From NCBI GenBank assembly GCA_903830945.1, contig CAIKVT010000021.1:4519-68518 (forward strand): a DNA stretch of 64,000 nucleotides. Direction: 5' to 3'. How positions within the stretch are numbered: the first letter of the stretch is position 1; every line of letters starts with the position of its first letter. The notes below the pieces were generated by a model. It was not told the origin of the DNA, made no database searches, and saw only the letters and a program-made list of their open reading frames with translations. Below are positions 1 through 9,899 of the stretch, one piece after another. A program made the translations under genes and the position numbers. The stretch comes from an uncultured Elusimicrobia bacterium (GTDB taxonomy: Bacteria; Elusimicrobiota; Elusimicrobia; UBA1565; UBA9628).

Positions 1-997
1 GCGTGCCCGCGTCGATAAGGGTCCCTCCGTTGTATGAGTTGGTCCCGGTCAGAAATAGGGCGCCGGTCCCGACCTTGGTCAGGCTGCCGGCTCCGCTGAA
101 GACGCCGGTGAACGTCGAGCTATTCACGCCGGTGTCGATCGTGCCGCCGCCGGAGTCGAGTGTCACCGCGCGCGAGTCGTTCAGCCCTGACGCCATCTGC
201 AGGGTGCCGCCGTTAAATGTGATGCTGCTGGCGGCGTTGCCCAGGGCGGAGTCCAGGCTGATGCTGAGCGTCCCCGTGTTGATGAAGGTCCCACCGCTAT
301 AGGAGTTGGTCCCGGTCATCAAAAGGGTGCCAGCCCCGACTTTGGTCACGGAGCTGCCGGCGACCCCCTCGCTGATGACACCCGAAAGAGTCGCATTGTT
401 GCCCGCGGTGTCGAATGCGGCGCCGGCGTTGAGCTGGATGTCGTTGGCGGCATTGATGCCCGAGCCGAGCTGCAGGACGCCGCCGTTGTAGGTGAGCGTG
501 CCGGAGCCCAGGGCGAAGTCGCTCTCAACGCCCAGGGTCCCGGCATTGAGGGTGGTGCCCCCGCTGTAAGAATTCGCCCCGCGTAAGTCTAGTTCGCCAG
601 TTCCGGTTTTGGTCAAAGATCCGCCGCCGATAATGAAGGATGTGATGCTCCAGATCTGGGGGCTGCCGTTGTTGAACGTGACCGCGCCGCCGAGGGAGAT
701 GGAGCTGCTTGAGATGGTCACTGCGGAAGGGGCGCCGGTGACATCAAGAGTGGTGTCGTTGTTGATGCTGGGGAGGCCGCTGCTGAGGGCGATCGTCCCT
801 CCACTCCCGGTTCCCCAGGCGATTGTGTTGGTCCCGCCGGCATTATTGGAGTCGGTGACCGCTTTCAGAAGGCTGCCGTTGCCAGAGGCGGAATCATTCA
901 AAACGCTCCAGGTGGCGGCGGCTTGGCCCTGCTGCGCTAGGAAGGCCAGGAAGCAAAGTGCGGCAAGAGGCCGGTTGAGTCTCCGGGGCATGATCAT
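1..997 (-). CDS. Autotransporter-associated beta-strand (PATR-type) repeat protein, N-terminal part; the C-terminus lies beyond the window edge
   Basis: The reverse strand translates without stops from an ATG at 997-995 (MIMPRRLNRPLAALCFLAFLAQQGQAAA, a signal-peptide-like start). Degenerate ~30-aa repeats follow (..TKxGxGxLxLTGTNSYSGGTxxNAGTLxxxxDxALG..). The DNA-level repeat ggtcccggtc is visible. It is absent from the ORF track because it runs off the window. Confidence 0.7.
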   Translation of the reverse strand, partial: MIMPRRLNRPLAALCFLAFLAQQGQAAATWSVLNDSASGNGSLLKAVTDSNNAGGTNTIAWGTGSGGTIALSSGLPSINNDTTLDVTGAPSAVTISSSSISLGGAVTFNNGSPQIWSITSFIIGGGSLTKTGTGELDLRGANSYSGGTTLNAGTLGVESDFALGSGTLTYNGGVLQLGSGINAANDIQLNAGAAFDTAGNNATLSGVISEGVAGSSVTKVGAGTLLMTGTNSYSGGTFINTGTLSISLDSALGNAASSITFNGGTLQMASGLNDSRAVTLDSGGGTIDTGVNSSTFTGVFSGAGSLTKVGTGALFLTGTNSYNGGTLIDAGT

Positions 998-1066
998 GCG
1001 GCGATTATTCTACAAAAAGTGAGGGCGTCATATGGGCGTTGGGCGGCCAAGAACTGTGAGTCCGGG

Positions 1067-2248
1067 CTAGAAAGATCCCAGGCCGGAGAGTACCTGGCGT
1101 GCCGGCCGGGGTCTGCCGAAGAGATAGCCTTGCGCTAGATCGAAGCCGCAGTCGCGCACGCGCTTGAGCTGCTCCGCGGTCTCCACGCCTTCCGCCAGAG
1201 GCTCGGCTTTGGCCCGCCGGATGCGTCCTACCACGTCCTTGATGGCGCGCAGCGGGGCGGCGCCGGCTTCGATGCGGCGGATGACCGCGACGCAGAGCTT
1301 GACGATGTGGGGGGAGAGCGCTTCCACCATCCCCATGTTGAGGTAGCCGCAACCCGCGTCATCGAGAGCCACCCGCGCGCCGCGGCGGCGCAGGGGGTGG
1401 GAAGCGGCGGCGAGCTTGTGGGGCGAGCGGATAGGCAGATGCTCCGTGAGTTCGAAGACCCGGAGCCGCAGGTCTCTCGGATCGCGTACCAGGCGTCTTA
1501 AGGCCGGCGCGTGGAAGAGGTCCGGCCCCAGGTTGACCGATAGCCAATAGGGGGCGGGCAGGCCCGCGGCCTGTTTCCAGGCCCCGGCCACGCAGGCCAG
1601 CTCCAACTCTTGGTGGAGGCCGTGGTAGGCCGCGGCCGCGAAGAGCTTATCGGCCCGCTCAACCGGGCCGCCGACCGGGCCGCGGACCAGGGCCTCGAAT
1701 CCCACGGGCTTGAGGTCGTGCAGGCTCACGATGGGCTGCAGGTGAAAGTCGAGGCGGCCGCAGCGCAGGATATCATGCAAGTGCGCCAGCGAGACGCCAG
1801 GCGCGGTCGTGTTGAACTCGGGGATGCGGTCGGCCAGTGCTTTCCAGAGCGGCTCCGGCTCGGTCAGGCCAGAAGGCACTCGGAGCACGCCGAAGCGGAA
1901 TTCCACGTGCATGGCCGCGGCGCGGCCCAACTCCGCGTCGAGCATCTCGCGTATCAGATCCATGCCGGTTTCGGTCATGGCCGAGATTTGGTCTTCAACG
2001 TCGAAGCCGACGGCCCAGGTCTTCATGCGAAAGGGAGCCATCCAGACGCCGAACTGGGGAGTGAATGGCGCGCAGAGCGGTGCGTGGCGGCTGAGCACGC
2101 GGTGGGCGATGCGGCCGAAGCGCCGGGTGATGTCCCGGTGCACGACCTCGCTGATCCGGTTGCCGTGCATGAACTGCATCTCGGCAGGGTCGTGGAAGCG
2201 GAAAGCTAGTACGTAGGTGGGCTGTCTTCGGGAGGCCGCTTTCTCCAT
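1067..2248 (-). CDS. EAL-domain cyclic-di-GMP phosphodiesterase with an N-terminal domain of unknown type
   Basis: 393-aa ORF. EAL-family motifs are present: QPIVSL, ELTE, DDAGCGY, KLCV, EGVET. Confidence 0.8.
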   Translation of the reverse strand: MEKAASRRQPTYVLAFRFHDPAEMQFMHGNRISEVVHRDITRRFGRIAHRVLSRHAPLCAPFTPQFGVWMAPFRMKTWAVGFDVEDQISAMTETGMDLIREMLDAELGRAAAMHVEFRFGVLRVPSGLTEPEPLWKALADRIPEFNTTAPGVSLAHLHDILRCGRLDFHLQPIVSLHDLKPVGFEALVRGPVGGPVERADKLFAAAAYHGLHQELELACVAGAWKQAAGLPAPYWLSVNLGPDLFHAPALRRLVRDPRDLRLRVFELTEHLPIRSPHKLAAASHPLRRRGARVALDDAGCGYLNMGMVEALSPHIVKLCVAVIRRIEAGAAPLRAIKDVVGRIRRAKAEPLAEGVETAEQLKRVRDCGFDLAQGYLFGRPRPARQVLSGLGSF

Positions 2249-2331
2249 GGCCGAGGCTCCTAAGCGTGTAGTATAGCTAATTCGCCGCCAGACTTTTGTA
2301 GAATGAACATCGTCGCATCAAGTGCCTTCAG

Positions 2332-2937
2332 ATGAGAGAGAACATAGGCCTGCTGTCCTGCATCTCCATCCTGTTCTTCGTGATGGATCCTTTAGGCAAC
2401 ATCCCGGTCTTCGTCGGGTTGCTTAAGGACCTTTCCGCGGAGAGGATGCGCCGCATCATCCTGCGCGAGCATTTGTTCGCCTTAGGTCTGCTGTTCTTCT
2501 TCCTTTTCTTTGGGCAGTTCTTCCTGCAGGTCCTCGGTATCCAGGACCCGGCTCTGGGCATCTCCGGCGGCATCGTGCTCTTCCTCATCGCCATCAAGAT
2601 GGTCTTCCCAATGAAGGAGGGAGTGTTCGGCGACATGCCCGGCGGCGAGCCCTACTTCGTGCCTATCGCGACACCGCTCATCGTCGGGCCTTCGATGATG
2701 AGCACCGTGCTCATCCTCGCCTCCAAGAGCGACGTGGGCTTCTGGCACCTTTGCGCTGCCGTGGTCGTGGCCTGGTCCGCCTCTTTGCTCATCTTGAGCA
2801 ATGCCTTGCGGTTGGCGGGGCTGCTGGGCGAACGGGGTGTGACCGCGATCTCGCGCCTCATGGGCATGATACTGACCACCATCGCGGTGCAGATGTTGCT
2901 CACCGGCCTGGCTCAGTTCTTCGGCAAGTCGGGCTGA
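2332..2937 (+). CDS. MarC family (UPF0056) integral membrane protein
   Basis: 201-aa hydrophobic ORF with the MDPLGNIPVF motif typical of the MarC family. Confidence 0.75.
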   Translation: MRENIGLLSCISILFFVMDPLGNIPVFVGLLKDLSAERMRRIILREHLFALGLLFFFLFFGQFFLQVLGIQDPALGISGGIVLFLIAIKMVFPMKEGVFGDMPGGEPYFVPIATPLIVGPSMMSTVLILASKSDVGFWHLCAAVVVAWSASLLILSNALRLAGLLGERGVTAISRLMGMILTTIAVQMLLTGLAQFFGKSG

Positions 2938-2944
2938 GGCCAGG

Positions 2945-4435
2945 ATGAGACCATATCGATTCTGGTCGCAATGGCTGGCCGTTTACCTGTTCTGCTGCGC
3001 GGTCTGCGCCTACTTTCAATTCCAATCTCCGTACCTTCCTGAGCCGGATTCTTATTTCCATGTCAAGGCCGCGCTCCTGATGCGTCAGCATGGGCTCTTC
3101 TTGAAGGGTTTCCCTTGGGCGCATTTCAGCCTCTGGCGGGACGGTTACAGCGACGGCTGTCTGCTCTATCATCTGCTTCTGATCCCATTCACCTTCGGCG
3201 GCCTCGTTTTCGGCGCCAAGGCCGCCGCAGTGCTTTTCTCCGCGTTCGCGCTCTCCAGTTTCTTTATGATCCTCACGCTCAATCGCATTCCTCATCGGAT
3301 CTATTGGTTCTGGCTGCTCTTGATGGGGGGGGGCTTCTTCTGGTGGCGCTTGCTGGCTGTGCGACCCCAGGTGCTGTCCATCTCGCTGCTGATGTGGAGT
3401 CTTCATTTCCTCCTCAATGACAGGAAGAGACCCTTCGCTCTGCTCTGTTTCCTGTACCCCTTCGCTTATGTCGCGGCGTTTCTTCCCGTGGTCTTCGCGG
3501 CCCTGCGCTGGGCCTATCTCAAGGTCGTCGAGCGTCGCAGCGAGCACCGCATCCTATTGGCCGGGTCGGGGGCTTATGTGCTGGCCATGCTGCTGCATCC
3601 TTATTTCCCGAAGAACCTCCGGTTCTTCTATGTCCAGAATCTTGTGAGCATGTTTTACTCCGTGACGCGGAAAGTCGAGCTGTTCCAGGGCGGCGAGATC
3701 CGTCCGATGGACACGCTGCAGCTGCTCTCGGCGCACTGGCCTCTCATTTTGCATCTGCTGGTCGTGCTGAGTGTGTTCATGCACCGCCGCCCGCCTCTCT
3801 CGCAGCGCACGCGCGTCCTGTTCCCGATCACGGTCGCGGTGGTCGCCCTGACGCTGGTCTCCAAGCGGTTTATCGAGTATTCTCTCCCGGTAGCGACCCT
3901 GTTCTGCGCCTGCGCGTTCACCGATGTTTTCGCGGGCTGTGCGGCGCGGGCATTCCTGCCGGAACGCCGCGTGCTGGCCGGGGCTCTGGTGGCGGCCTGG
4001 CTCGGTTTGGTGGCGGCCGCCAGCGGCTCTTGGTTCGCGACGATGCGCGGCCAGTTTGCCCACCTCCCGCCGCCGCATTTCGAGCGTCTGGCGCGTACGC
4101 TGGCGGCCCAGGCCCCGCCAGGTTCCCTGATCTACACTTGCGATTGGGACGAGCCGCCGGAATTGCTGTACTTCAATGACCAGCATCGTTATATGGTCAT
4201 GATGGATCCCGTGTTCATGTATTATCAAGATCCCGCGCTTTGGGAGCTTTGGCACGGCACCGCTAACGCGATTTTGCCGCCGGATGATATCCATCGGGCT
4301 CTCCAGGAGCGTTTTGGGGTCCGTTTCGGGCTCTGCTCTCGGAAATTCCAGCCCTTCCGCGATCTGGTCGGCCGCGACCGGCGCTATAAGATAATAGACG
4401 AGGACGACGAGGGCTTTGTCTTTAAGGTTCTTTGA
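2945..4435 (+). CDS. Polytopic membrane protein of unknown function (multi-TM N-terminal region, ~190-aa soluble C-terminal domain; possibly glycosyltransferase-like)
   Basis: 496-aa ORF with many hydrophobic segments. It contains a 9-G homopolymer at 3326-3334. No family motif is recognised with confidence. Confidence 0.55.
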   Translation: MRPYRFWSQWLAVYLFCCAVCAYFQFQSPYLPEPDSYFHVKAALLMRQHGLFLKGFPWAHFSLWRDGYSDGCLLYHLLLIPFTFGGLVFGAKAAAVLFSAFALSSFFMILTLNRIPHRIYWFWLLLMGGGFFWWRLLAVRPQVLSISLLMWSLHFLLNDRKRPFALLCFLYPFAYVAAFLPVVFAALRWAYLKVVERRSEHRILLAGSGAYVLAMLLHPYFPKNLRFFYVQNLVSMFYSVTRKVELFQGGEIRPMDTLQLLSAHWPLILHLLVVLSVFMHRRPPLSQRTRVLFPITVAVVALTLVSKRFIEYSLPVATLFCACAFTDVFAGCAARAFLPERRVLAGALVAAWLGLVAAASGSWFATMRGQFAHLPPPHFERLARTLAAQAPPGSLIYTCDWDEPPELLYFNDQHRYMVMMDPVFMYYQDPALWELWHGTANAILPPDDIHRALQERFGVRFGLCSRKFQPFRDLVGRDRRYKIIDEDDEGFVFKVL

Positions 4436-4461
4436 TATCATATACATGATGAGGCGCGCCG

Positions 4462-4851
4462 ATGGCTGAACCCCCCCGCATCGTGATCCTGGATGACGAT
4501 GATGCAATCTGTGCTATGTTGACCGCGACCTTGGATGGAAGCTACGAGTGCGTGGTCGGGAAGACAGGACGCGAGGGCCTAAAGATATGCGGCAGCAACC
4601 GCGTGGACCTGGTCCTCACGGACATCGGCATGCCCGAACTCGACGGGATACAGATGCTCGAGGAGTTTCAGAAGGACCCCTGCCTTGCTGCCATACCGGT
4701 CCTGGTCCTCACGGCTACGCATTTCTCGCAGCGCTCCCGTTCGCAAGTGTCTTGCTTCCCCCAGGTGCGCGGCATCCTGCTCAAGCCTTGTTCCGTTGAG
4801 GAGATCACGGGGGCCATCGCCCGCGTCTTGAAAGAGCGCCTGGCAAGTTGA
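4462..4851 (+). CDS. Single-domain response regulator receiver (CheY-like)
   Basis: 129-aa ORF with receiver signatures: ILDDDD, DLVLTDIGMPELDG and a conserved Lys region (PVLVLTA). Confidence 0.8.
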   Translation: MAEPPRIVILDDDDAICAMLTATLDGSYECVVGKTGREGLKICGSNRVDLVLTDIGMPELDGIQMLEEFQKDPCLAAIPVLVLTATHFSQRSRSQVSCFPQVRGILLKPCSVEEITGAIARVLKERLAS

Positions 4852-4865
4852 TCCTGCAGGAGAGA

Positions 4866-7502
4866 TCAGAGCAGTCCGGATAGACTTGCCACCAGTTGGT
4901 CCCAGTCCGCCTCGGGCAGCCCGCCCTGCGCGAAATCGGCCCGACCCCCGGCTGAACCCCCGTGCGCCGCCGCGAATTTTTTTGCCAGGGAGCCAGCGTC
5001 AAAGCCCTTGCCGGCCAAGTCCGGGGTCGCGGCCAGCACGAACGAGATCTTGCCTGCATGCGGCGCGGCTAAGAACACCGCGCCCGAGCCCAGCTCGGAT
5101 TTCAGCTTGTCCGATATGCCGCGCAAAGATTTCGGGTCCGCGCCATCGAGCTTCTGCACGCAGAGCTTGATCCCCTTGGCTTCCAGGACCTGGCGCCCCT
5201 CGGTCGTGCCTGCGAGCCTCTTGGCCTTGAGGCCTATCAGAGCGTTCTCCAGGCTCTTCAAGTGCGTGCGCAGAGACGCTTCCTCGCGCATCGCGCAGGG
5301 AGCGGCTTGCCCGTCCAGCGAGCGGATATCCTTGAGTAAGGCGTCCTGTTTTGCCACGAGTTGCGCCATCGCGGCCTTGTGCGCCTCCGCCTTCTTCACC
5401 ACCCATTCGCTGGCCGCCGGCCCAGCCACCGCCTCGATGCGTCGGATTCCCGCGGCCACCGACGACTCCTTCACGATCTTGAAAGTCTCGATCTCCGCGC
5501 TGTTGGACACGTGCGTGCCCCCGCAGAGCTCCAGGCTGAAGCGGTTATGCGGCTCCTGCCAGCCTTTGGCGCTCACCAGCACCGCGCGTGCCTTCTGTCC
5601 GTAGTCTTCTCCCAATAAGGTGATGGCCCCATGCCTCGCCGCCTCGGCCGGAGGCATCTCCTGGGTGTCCACGGGCAATGCCTTGCGGATGGCATCGTTG
5701 ACGATCTGCTCGATGAGCCTGATCTCTTCTGCGGTCACGGCCTTTGGATGTGTGAAGTCGAAACGCAGACGTTTGTCGTCAACATAGGAGCCCGCCTGGC
5801 GCACGTGCGCTCCCAGCAGCTCGCGTAAGGCCTGGTTCAAGAGATGCGTGGCCGTGTGGTGCGCCGTGGTGCGGCGGCGGCGCTGGGCATCGACTTCGGC
5901 GAGTACCTCGTCGCCGGGCTTGAGCGGAACCATGGCAGAAGCCGCCTTGACCATGAGCACCGTGGAAGCCTCGTACTTCTGAGTGTCCAGGACCTCGGCT
6001 AAGAGCGTGCGGCCGTCCGCGGAGAGGAGCTCTCCCGTGTCGCCGACCTGACCGCCGCTCTCCGCGTAGAATGGCGTGCGCTCTAGGACCACGATGCCCT
6101 CGGCCCCTTGGAAGCGCGCGTCTAAGACTTTGGTCTTTTCGGAGAGACTTTTATAGCCCATAAAAACTGTCGCGTGGGCTGCCAGGCCCTGGGAGAGCAT
6201 GTTTTTCTCCCCGGAGCCCTTCCATGAGGATCGGGCCACTTCGGCCGCGGCCTCTGTGGCCTTCTGGAAGCCCTCTTCGTCGACCTGGATGTGGCGCTGG
6301 AGGCAGATCTCCTTGGTGAGCTCGAGCGGGAATCCGAACGTGTCGTAGAGCTTGAAGGCCTGGTCTCCGGGAAAGGTCCCGGAAGTCTTTTCCAACAGGG
6401 TCATAAGTTCGCGCTCGCCCGCGGCCAGGGTCTCGATGAATCGGCTCTCTTCCATCTTCAAGCCGGTGACCACCTGGGCTTCGGCTGGGACGATCTCGGG
6501 ATAAGTGTTTCGAAAGATCTCCAGCACTGCGGGCAGGAGCTTGTAGAGGAACGGCTCCTGACAGTCCAAGAGTTGCCCGTAGCGCACCGCGCGGCGGATA
6601 AGCCGGCGCAGGACGTAGCCGCGCTCCACGTTGGAGGGGATCACTCCCTCGCTCATCAGCATGGCCGCGGCTCGGGCGTGGTCCGAGATGACCCGGAAGG
6701 CTAGATCCGTATCAGGAGAACGATCAGGATCCACCCCGAGTATGTCCGCGGCCTTGCTCACGATAGGAGTGAAGAGGTCCGTGTCGAAGGGGGAGAGCTT
6801 GCCCTGCGCCACGAAAGCCAGCCGCTCCAAGCCCATGCCCGTGTCGATGTTCTGGCGCGGCAGGGGCTTGAGGCTCCCGTCGCCCTGCCGGTCGAACTGC
6901 GTGAAGACCAGGTTCCAGATCTCGATGTAGCGGTCGCAGTCGCAGCCCGGCGCGCAGGAGGGGCTCGCGCAGGCGAAACGCGCGCCGCGGTCGAAGTATA
7001 TCTCGGAGCACGGCCCGCAGGGCCCCGTCGGTCCCATGGCCCAGAAATTGGTGTCCTCGCCCAATCGCCCGACCGGGTTCTTCAAGGCGAGCTTGCCCCA
7101 GAGAGCGGCGGCCTCTTCGTCGTCTTTGAACACCGTGGGATGCAGCAGCTTCGCATCGAGGCCCATGTCTTGGGTCAGGAATTCCCAGGCCCAGGGGATG
7201 GCTTCGGACTTGAAATAGTCGCCGAAGGAGAAATTGCCCAGCATCTCGAAGAAGGTCAGGTGCCGCAAGGTTTGGCCTACGCGGTCGATGTCCGTGGTGC
7301 GGAAGCACTTCTGGCAGCTCGCGGCGCGGGTGAGGTCCTTTTTGATGCCCAGGAAGTAGGGCTTGAAAGGAACCATGCCTGCGGAGTTGAACATCAGCGT
7401 CGGATCGCCCTGCGGGATGAGGGGAGTCGAAGGGCGCACTATGTGGCCCCGGCTCGTGAAAAAATCAAGGTATTGCTGTCTTAATTGAATTCCAGTTTTC
7501 AT
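4866..7502 (-). CDS. alaS: Alanine--tRNA ligase
   Basis: 878-aa ORF. The N-terminus RPSTPLIPQGDPTLMFNSAGMVPFKPYF is the class II AlaRS signature. The editing and C-terminal domains are of the expected length. Confidence 0.95.
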   Translation of the reverse strand: MKTGIQLRQQYLDFFTSRGHIVRPSTPLIPQGDPTLMFNSAGMVPFKPYFLGIKKDLTRAASCQKCFRTTDIDRVGQTLRHLTFFEMLGNFSFGDYFKSEAIPWAWEFLTQDMGLDAKLLHPTVFKDDEEAAALWGKLALKNPVGRLGEDTNFWAMGPTGPCGPCSEIYFDRGARFACASPSCAPGCDCDRYIEIWNLVFTQFDRQGDGSLKPLPRQNIDTGMGLERLAFVAQGKLSPFDTDLFTPIVSKAADILGVDPDRSPDTDLAFRVISDHARAAAMLMSEGVIPSNVERGYVLRRLIRRAVRYGQLLDCQEPFLYKLLPAVLEIFRNTYPEIVPAEAQVVTGLKMEESRFIETLAAGERELMTLLEKTSGTFPGDQAFKLYDTFGFPLELTKEICLQRHIQVDEEGFQKATEAAAEVARSSWKGSGEKNMLSQGLAAHATVFMGYKSLSEKTKVLDARFQGAEGIVVLERTPFYAESGGQVGDTGELLSADGRTLLAEVLDTQKYEASTVLMVKAASAMVPLKPGDEVLAEVDAQRRRRTTAHHTATHLLNQALRELLGAHVRQAGSYVDDKRLRFDFTHPKAVTAEEIRLIEQIVNDAIRKALPVDTQEMPPAEAARHGAITLLGEDYGQKARAVLVSAKGWQEPHNRFSLELCGGTHVSNSAEIETFKIVKESSVAAGIRRIEAVAGPAASEWVVKKAEAHKAAMAQLVAKQDALLKDIRSLDGQAAPCAMREEASLRTHLKSLENALIGLKAKRLAGTTEGRQVLEAKGIKLCVQKLDGADPKSLRGISDKLKSELGSGAVFLAAPHAGKISFVLAATPDLAGKGFDAGSLAKKFAAAHGGSAGGRADFAQGGLPEADWDQLVASLSGLL

Positions 7503-7553
7503 AAAAATGATGAGGAATTATACAACAATTGGAAATGGCTGAATGCTCTGGGG

Positions 7554-8810
7554 CTACTGGGAGATGATGTCGGCGCTCGGCACGTCGCCTAGGGTGAGCC
7601 AATGCTGGAAAGCTTTTACAAACAAGGAATCCGCGCCGCCCTGCCATTCGTGGCCGTAGTTCTGGCGGTACACGTTGATGCGCCACTTGTTGTCTTCGAA
7701 GCGCACATAGAAAATGACATTGGGGGATGATAGGTCCGGGTCGCGGCCTGCGCTCGCGTGGGTCAGACTGCGGCCGTTGAAATCGGCGTAGACGAAGACG
7801 CCGTCACGGGAGATCTCCTCGATGGATTTTCCCGACCGGCTCAGCATGTTGTTGGCCACGTCGCGCATCAGGTCGCCCTGCTGGTTGCGGGGATAGCGCG
7901 CCAGGAGGAGGTCAAAACGTTCCTGGGTCAGTACGGAATCGAGGATGCGGTCAGCCTGCTCCTTGGAATTCGTACCCGCCAGAATCCTGGTCAGACCGCG
8001 CTTCTTGACCGTTTCCTCGATATGGGCCGGGGACGCCCCATATTTTTTGGCAGCCTCCAGGATGGATGGCCCCGAACTGCGCAGCCGGGGGTCCAGCTGT
8101 GCGACCGCCTCCTCCTGGGCCTTGAGCATGGAGGCCAGCAACTCGAGCCGCAGGGCTCGGCCCCTTTTTGAAGCGGGCGCGATGCCTTTCGCGGACATGT
8201 AATCTTCGAGCAGGGCTGCGGTCTCGGCATCGGTCGGCGTTTGGGAGCCCATGATGCCTCGGATGTAGTGCCGCGCTCCTTTGGCATCCGGAGTCTGGAT
8301 CACCGCTCCGGCCTGCCCAGTCAGGCTGGCGGCGGTGGCTTTAGCGCGCTCGATCAGCTCTGGTCCCGGCGGGCTGCGTGGCTGCTCTGTGTACTCCGCT
8401 GTGGGCTGTCCAGCTGGTGACTTTTCGCTGGAAATCGTTGTCACAGGCGCGCTCGGAGTATTCAGCGCGGACTGCGGCAAGGAGAGAGGCGCCAGAACGC
8501 TTGGCGCGCAGGGGTGTTGGGCGACCTCGAGCGGCAGAGGGGCAATCGCAAAAATCGGGCCTTGGATTATCGGCACGCTGATCGGAGTTTGGATTGGAGG
8601 CAGCAGGCCGGGGGCGGTCATCCCCGTGCTTGGCGGGGCGATGTGGGCGTTGCTGCCGGAAAGCGGATTACCTACGGATACGGCTTCGCTTGCGGAGTTT
8701 GCCGTGGTCTTGGCCTCTGCCGCCCAGCCCGGCGCCGTGAAGATAAAAAGTGCCGTCGCCAGCGGGGGAATCCTCCTGGTCCGCACCATGTTTGAAGTGT
8801 AGGCGGACAT
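7554..8810 (-). CDS. Secreted Pro/Ala-rich hypothetical protein
   Basis: 418-aa ORF with a signal-peptide-like N-terminus and a low-complexity Pro-rich linker. The C-terminal globular region has no recognised motif. Confidence 0.5.
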   Translation of the reverse strand: MSAYTSNMVRTRRIPPLATALFIFTAPGWAAEAKTTANSASEAVSVGNPLSGSNAHIAPPSTGMTAPGLLPPIQTPISVPIIQGPIFAIAPLPLEVAQHPCAPSVLAPLSLPQSALNTPSAPVTTISSEKSPAGQPTAEYTEQPRSPPGPELIERAKATAASLTGQAGAVIQTPDAKGARHYIRGIMGSQTPTDAETAALLEDYMSAKGIAPASKRGRALRLELLASMLKAQEEAVAQLDPRLRSSGPSILEAAKKYGASPAHIEETVKKRGLTRILAGTNSKEQADRILDSVLTQERFDLLLARYPRNQQGDLMRDVANNMLSRSGKSIEEISRDGVFVYADFNGRSLTHASAGRDPDLSSPNVIFYVRFEDNKWRINVYRQNYGHEWQGGADSLFVKAFQHWLTLGDVPSADIISQ

Positions 8811-8914
8811 ATTTCTGATGTCAAGGGTCCTGGGGACCCCGATCCTCGGTCAGCAATGACATCATTGACTAGAGAATGCGACTTCTGTTATAACATCATG
8901 CGTCTCGCTTCTCG

Positions 8915-9895
8915 ATGAACCTGAAAAAAAGTCTCAAGGAGCTTCTGAACCGCAAGATCACCGTGATAGTGATCCCGACTGCGGCTTTCAGGCCCTGGCG
9001 CTGGCAGTGTACCATCGCGTTTGGGATGTTCTGCCTGGTGCTCTGGTCCGGCGTCACCATCTGGGCCGGGTTCATCGCGGGCCGCCATGTCGACTACTGG
9101 ATCACTAAGGCCGACAACCGCGTGATGCTGGCGAAGATGGGCTATCTCGCAGGAGAGATGGAGAAGGCGCGCGACACCCTTGATGTCGCTAAGGCCACGG
9201 ACCGCCAAATGCGGGTCCTTCTTGGCTTGGCCCATCGCGAGGACCTCCTCGGCAATAATACGGCGGTGGGCGGCCCTACGGCTGCGGACCGCATCAGCCT
9301 GCGCCGCTTGCTGGCCATCGACCCGGCCAGCGTCCGGCAGACCGACTGGCACCGCCAGATCGAGGCACTACGCCAGGAGTCCATGAAGCGTCTGGCCAGC
9401 TTCCAGGAGATCGGCTGGTACATCGGCAACCAGCGCAGCCTTCTGCACGCCACACCCTCCATGTGGCCGACGTCGGGGCAGATCACTTCCTTGTTCGGCT
9501 ATCGGCTTTCTCCCATACAACGTGCGGAGGGTGATCAGGGAGAGTGCCACTCCGGAGTGGACATCGCCAACCGGCCCGACACCTTGATCTACGCCACGGC
9601 CAACGGGACCGTGCGCCTCGCGGGCTGGACTTCCGGCTACGGCCAGGCCATCGTCATCGACCACGGCTACGGTATCTCCACGCTCTATGGCCATACTTCC
9701 AAGTCTTTGGTCCAAGCCGGCGATCGTGTGACCCGTGGACAGGTCATTGCGTACATGGGCACCACCGGGCGCTCCACCGGCGCGCACCTGCATTATGAGA
9801 TCCGGCGCAGCGGCCAGCCGGTCAACCCTATGATCTTCCTTAAGGTCCGTTCCGCCGAGGACCTCCTGGGCTACGCCCAGGCCGCGGGGCGCTGA
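8915..9895 (+). CDS. M23 family metallopeptidase (peptidoglycan DD-endopeptidase-like)
   Basis: 326-aa ORF with an N-terminal TM segment. M23 motifs are present: HSGVDIA, GHTS and HLHYEIR. Confidence 0.9.
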   Translation: MNLKKSLKELLNRKITVIVIPTAAFRPWRWQCTIAFGMFCLVLWSGVTIWAGFIAGRHVDYWITKADNRVMLAKMGYLAGEMEKARDTLDVAKATDRQMRVLLGLAHREDLLGNNTAVGGPTAADRISLRRLLAIDPASVRQTDWHRQIEALRQESMKRLASFQEIGWYIGNQRSLLHATPSMWPTSGQITSLFGYRLSPIQRAEGDQGECHSGVDIANRPDTLIYATANGTVRLAGWTSGYGQAIVIDHGYGISTLYGHTSKSLVQAGDRVTRGQVIAYMGTTGRSTGAHLHYEIRRSGQPVNPMIFLKVRSAEDLLGYAQAAGR

Positions 9896-9899
9896 GGCT

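Noticed and set aside
3554-4507. A 317-aa minus-strand ORF and several other 60-200-aa ORFs inside the 2945-4435 membrane protein gene.
   Set aside because: They are Arg-rich low-complexity translations antisense to, or out of frame with, a hydrophobic multi-TM ORF.
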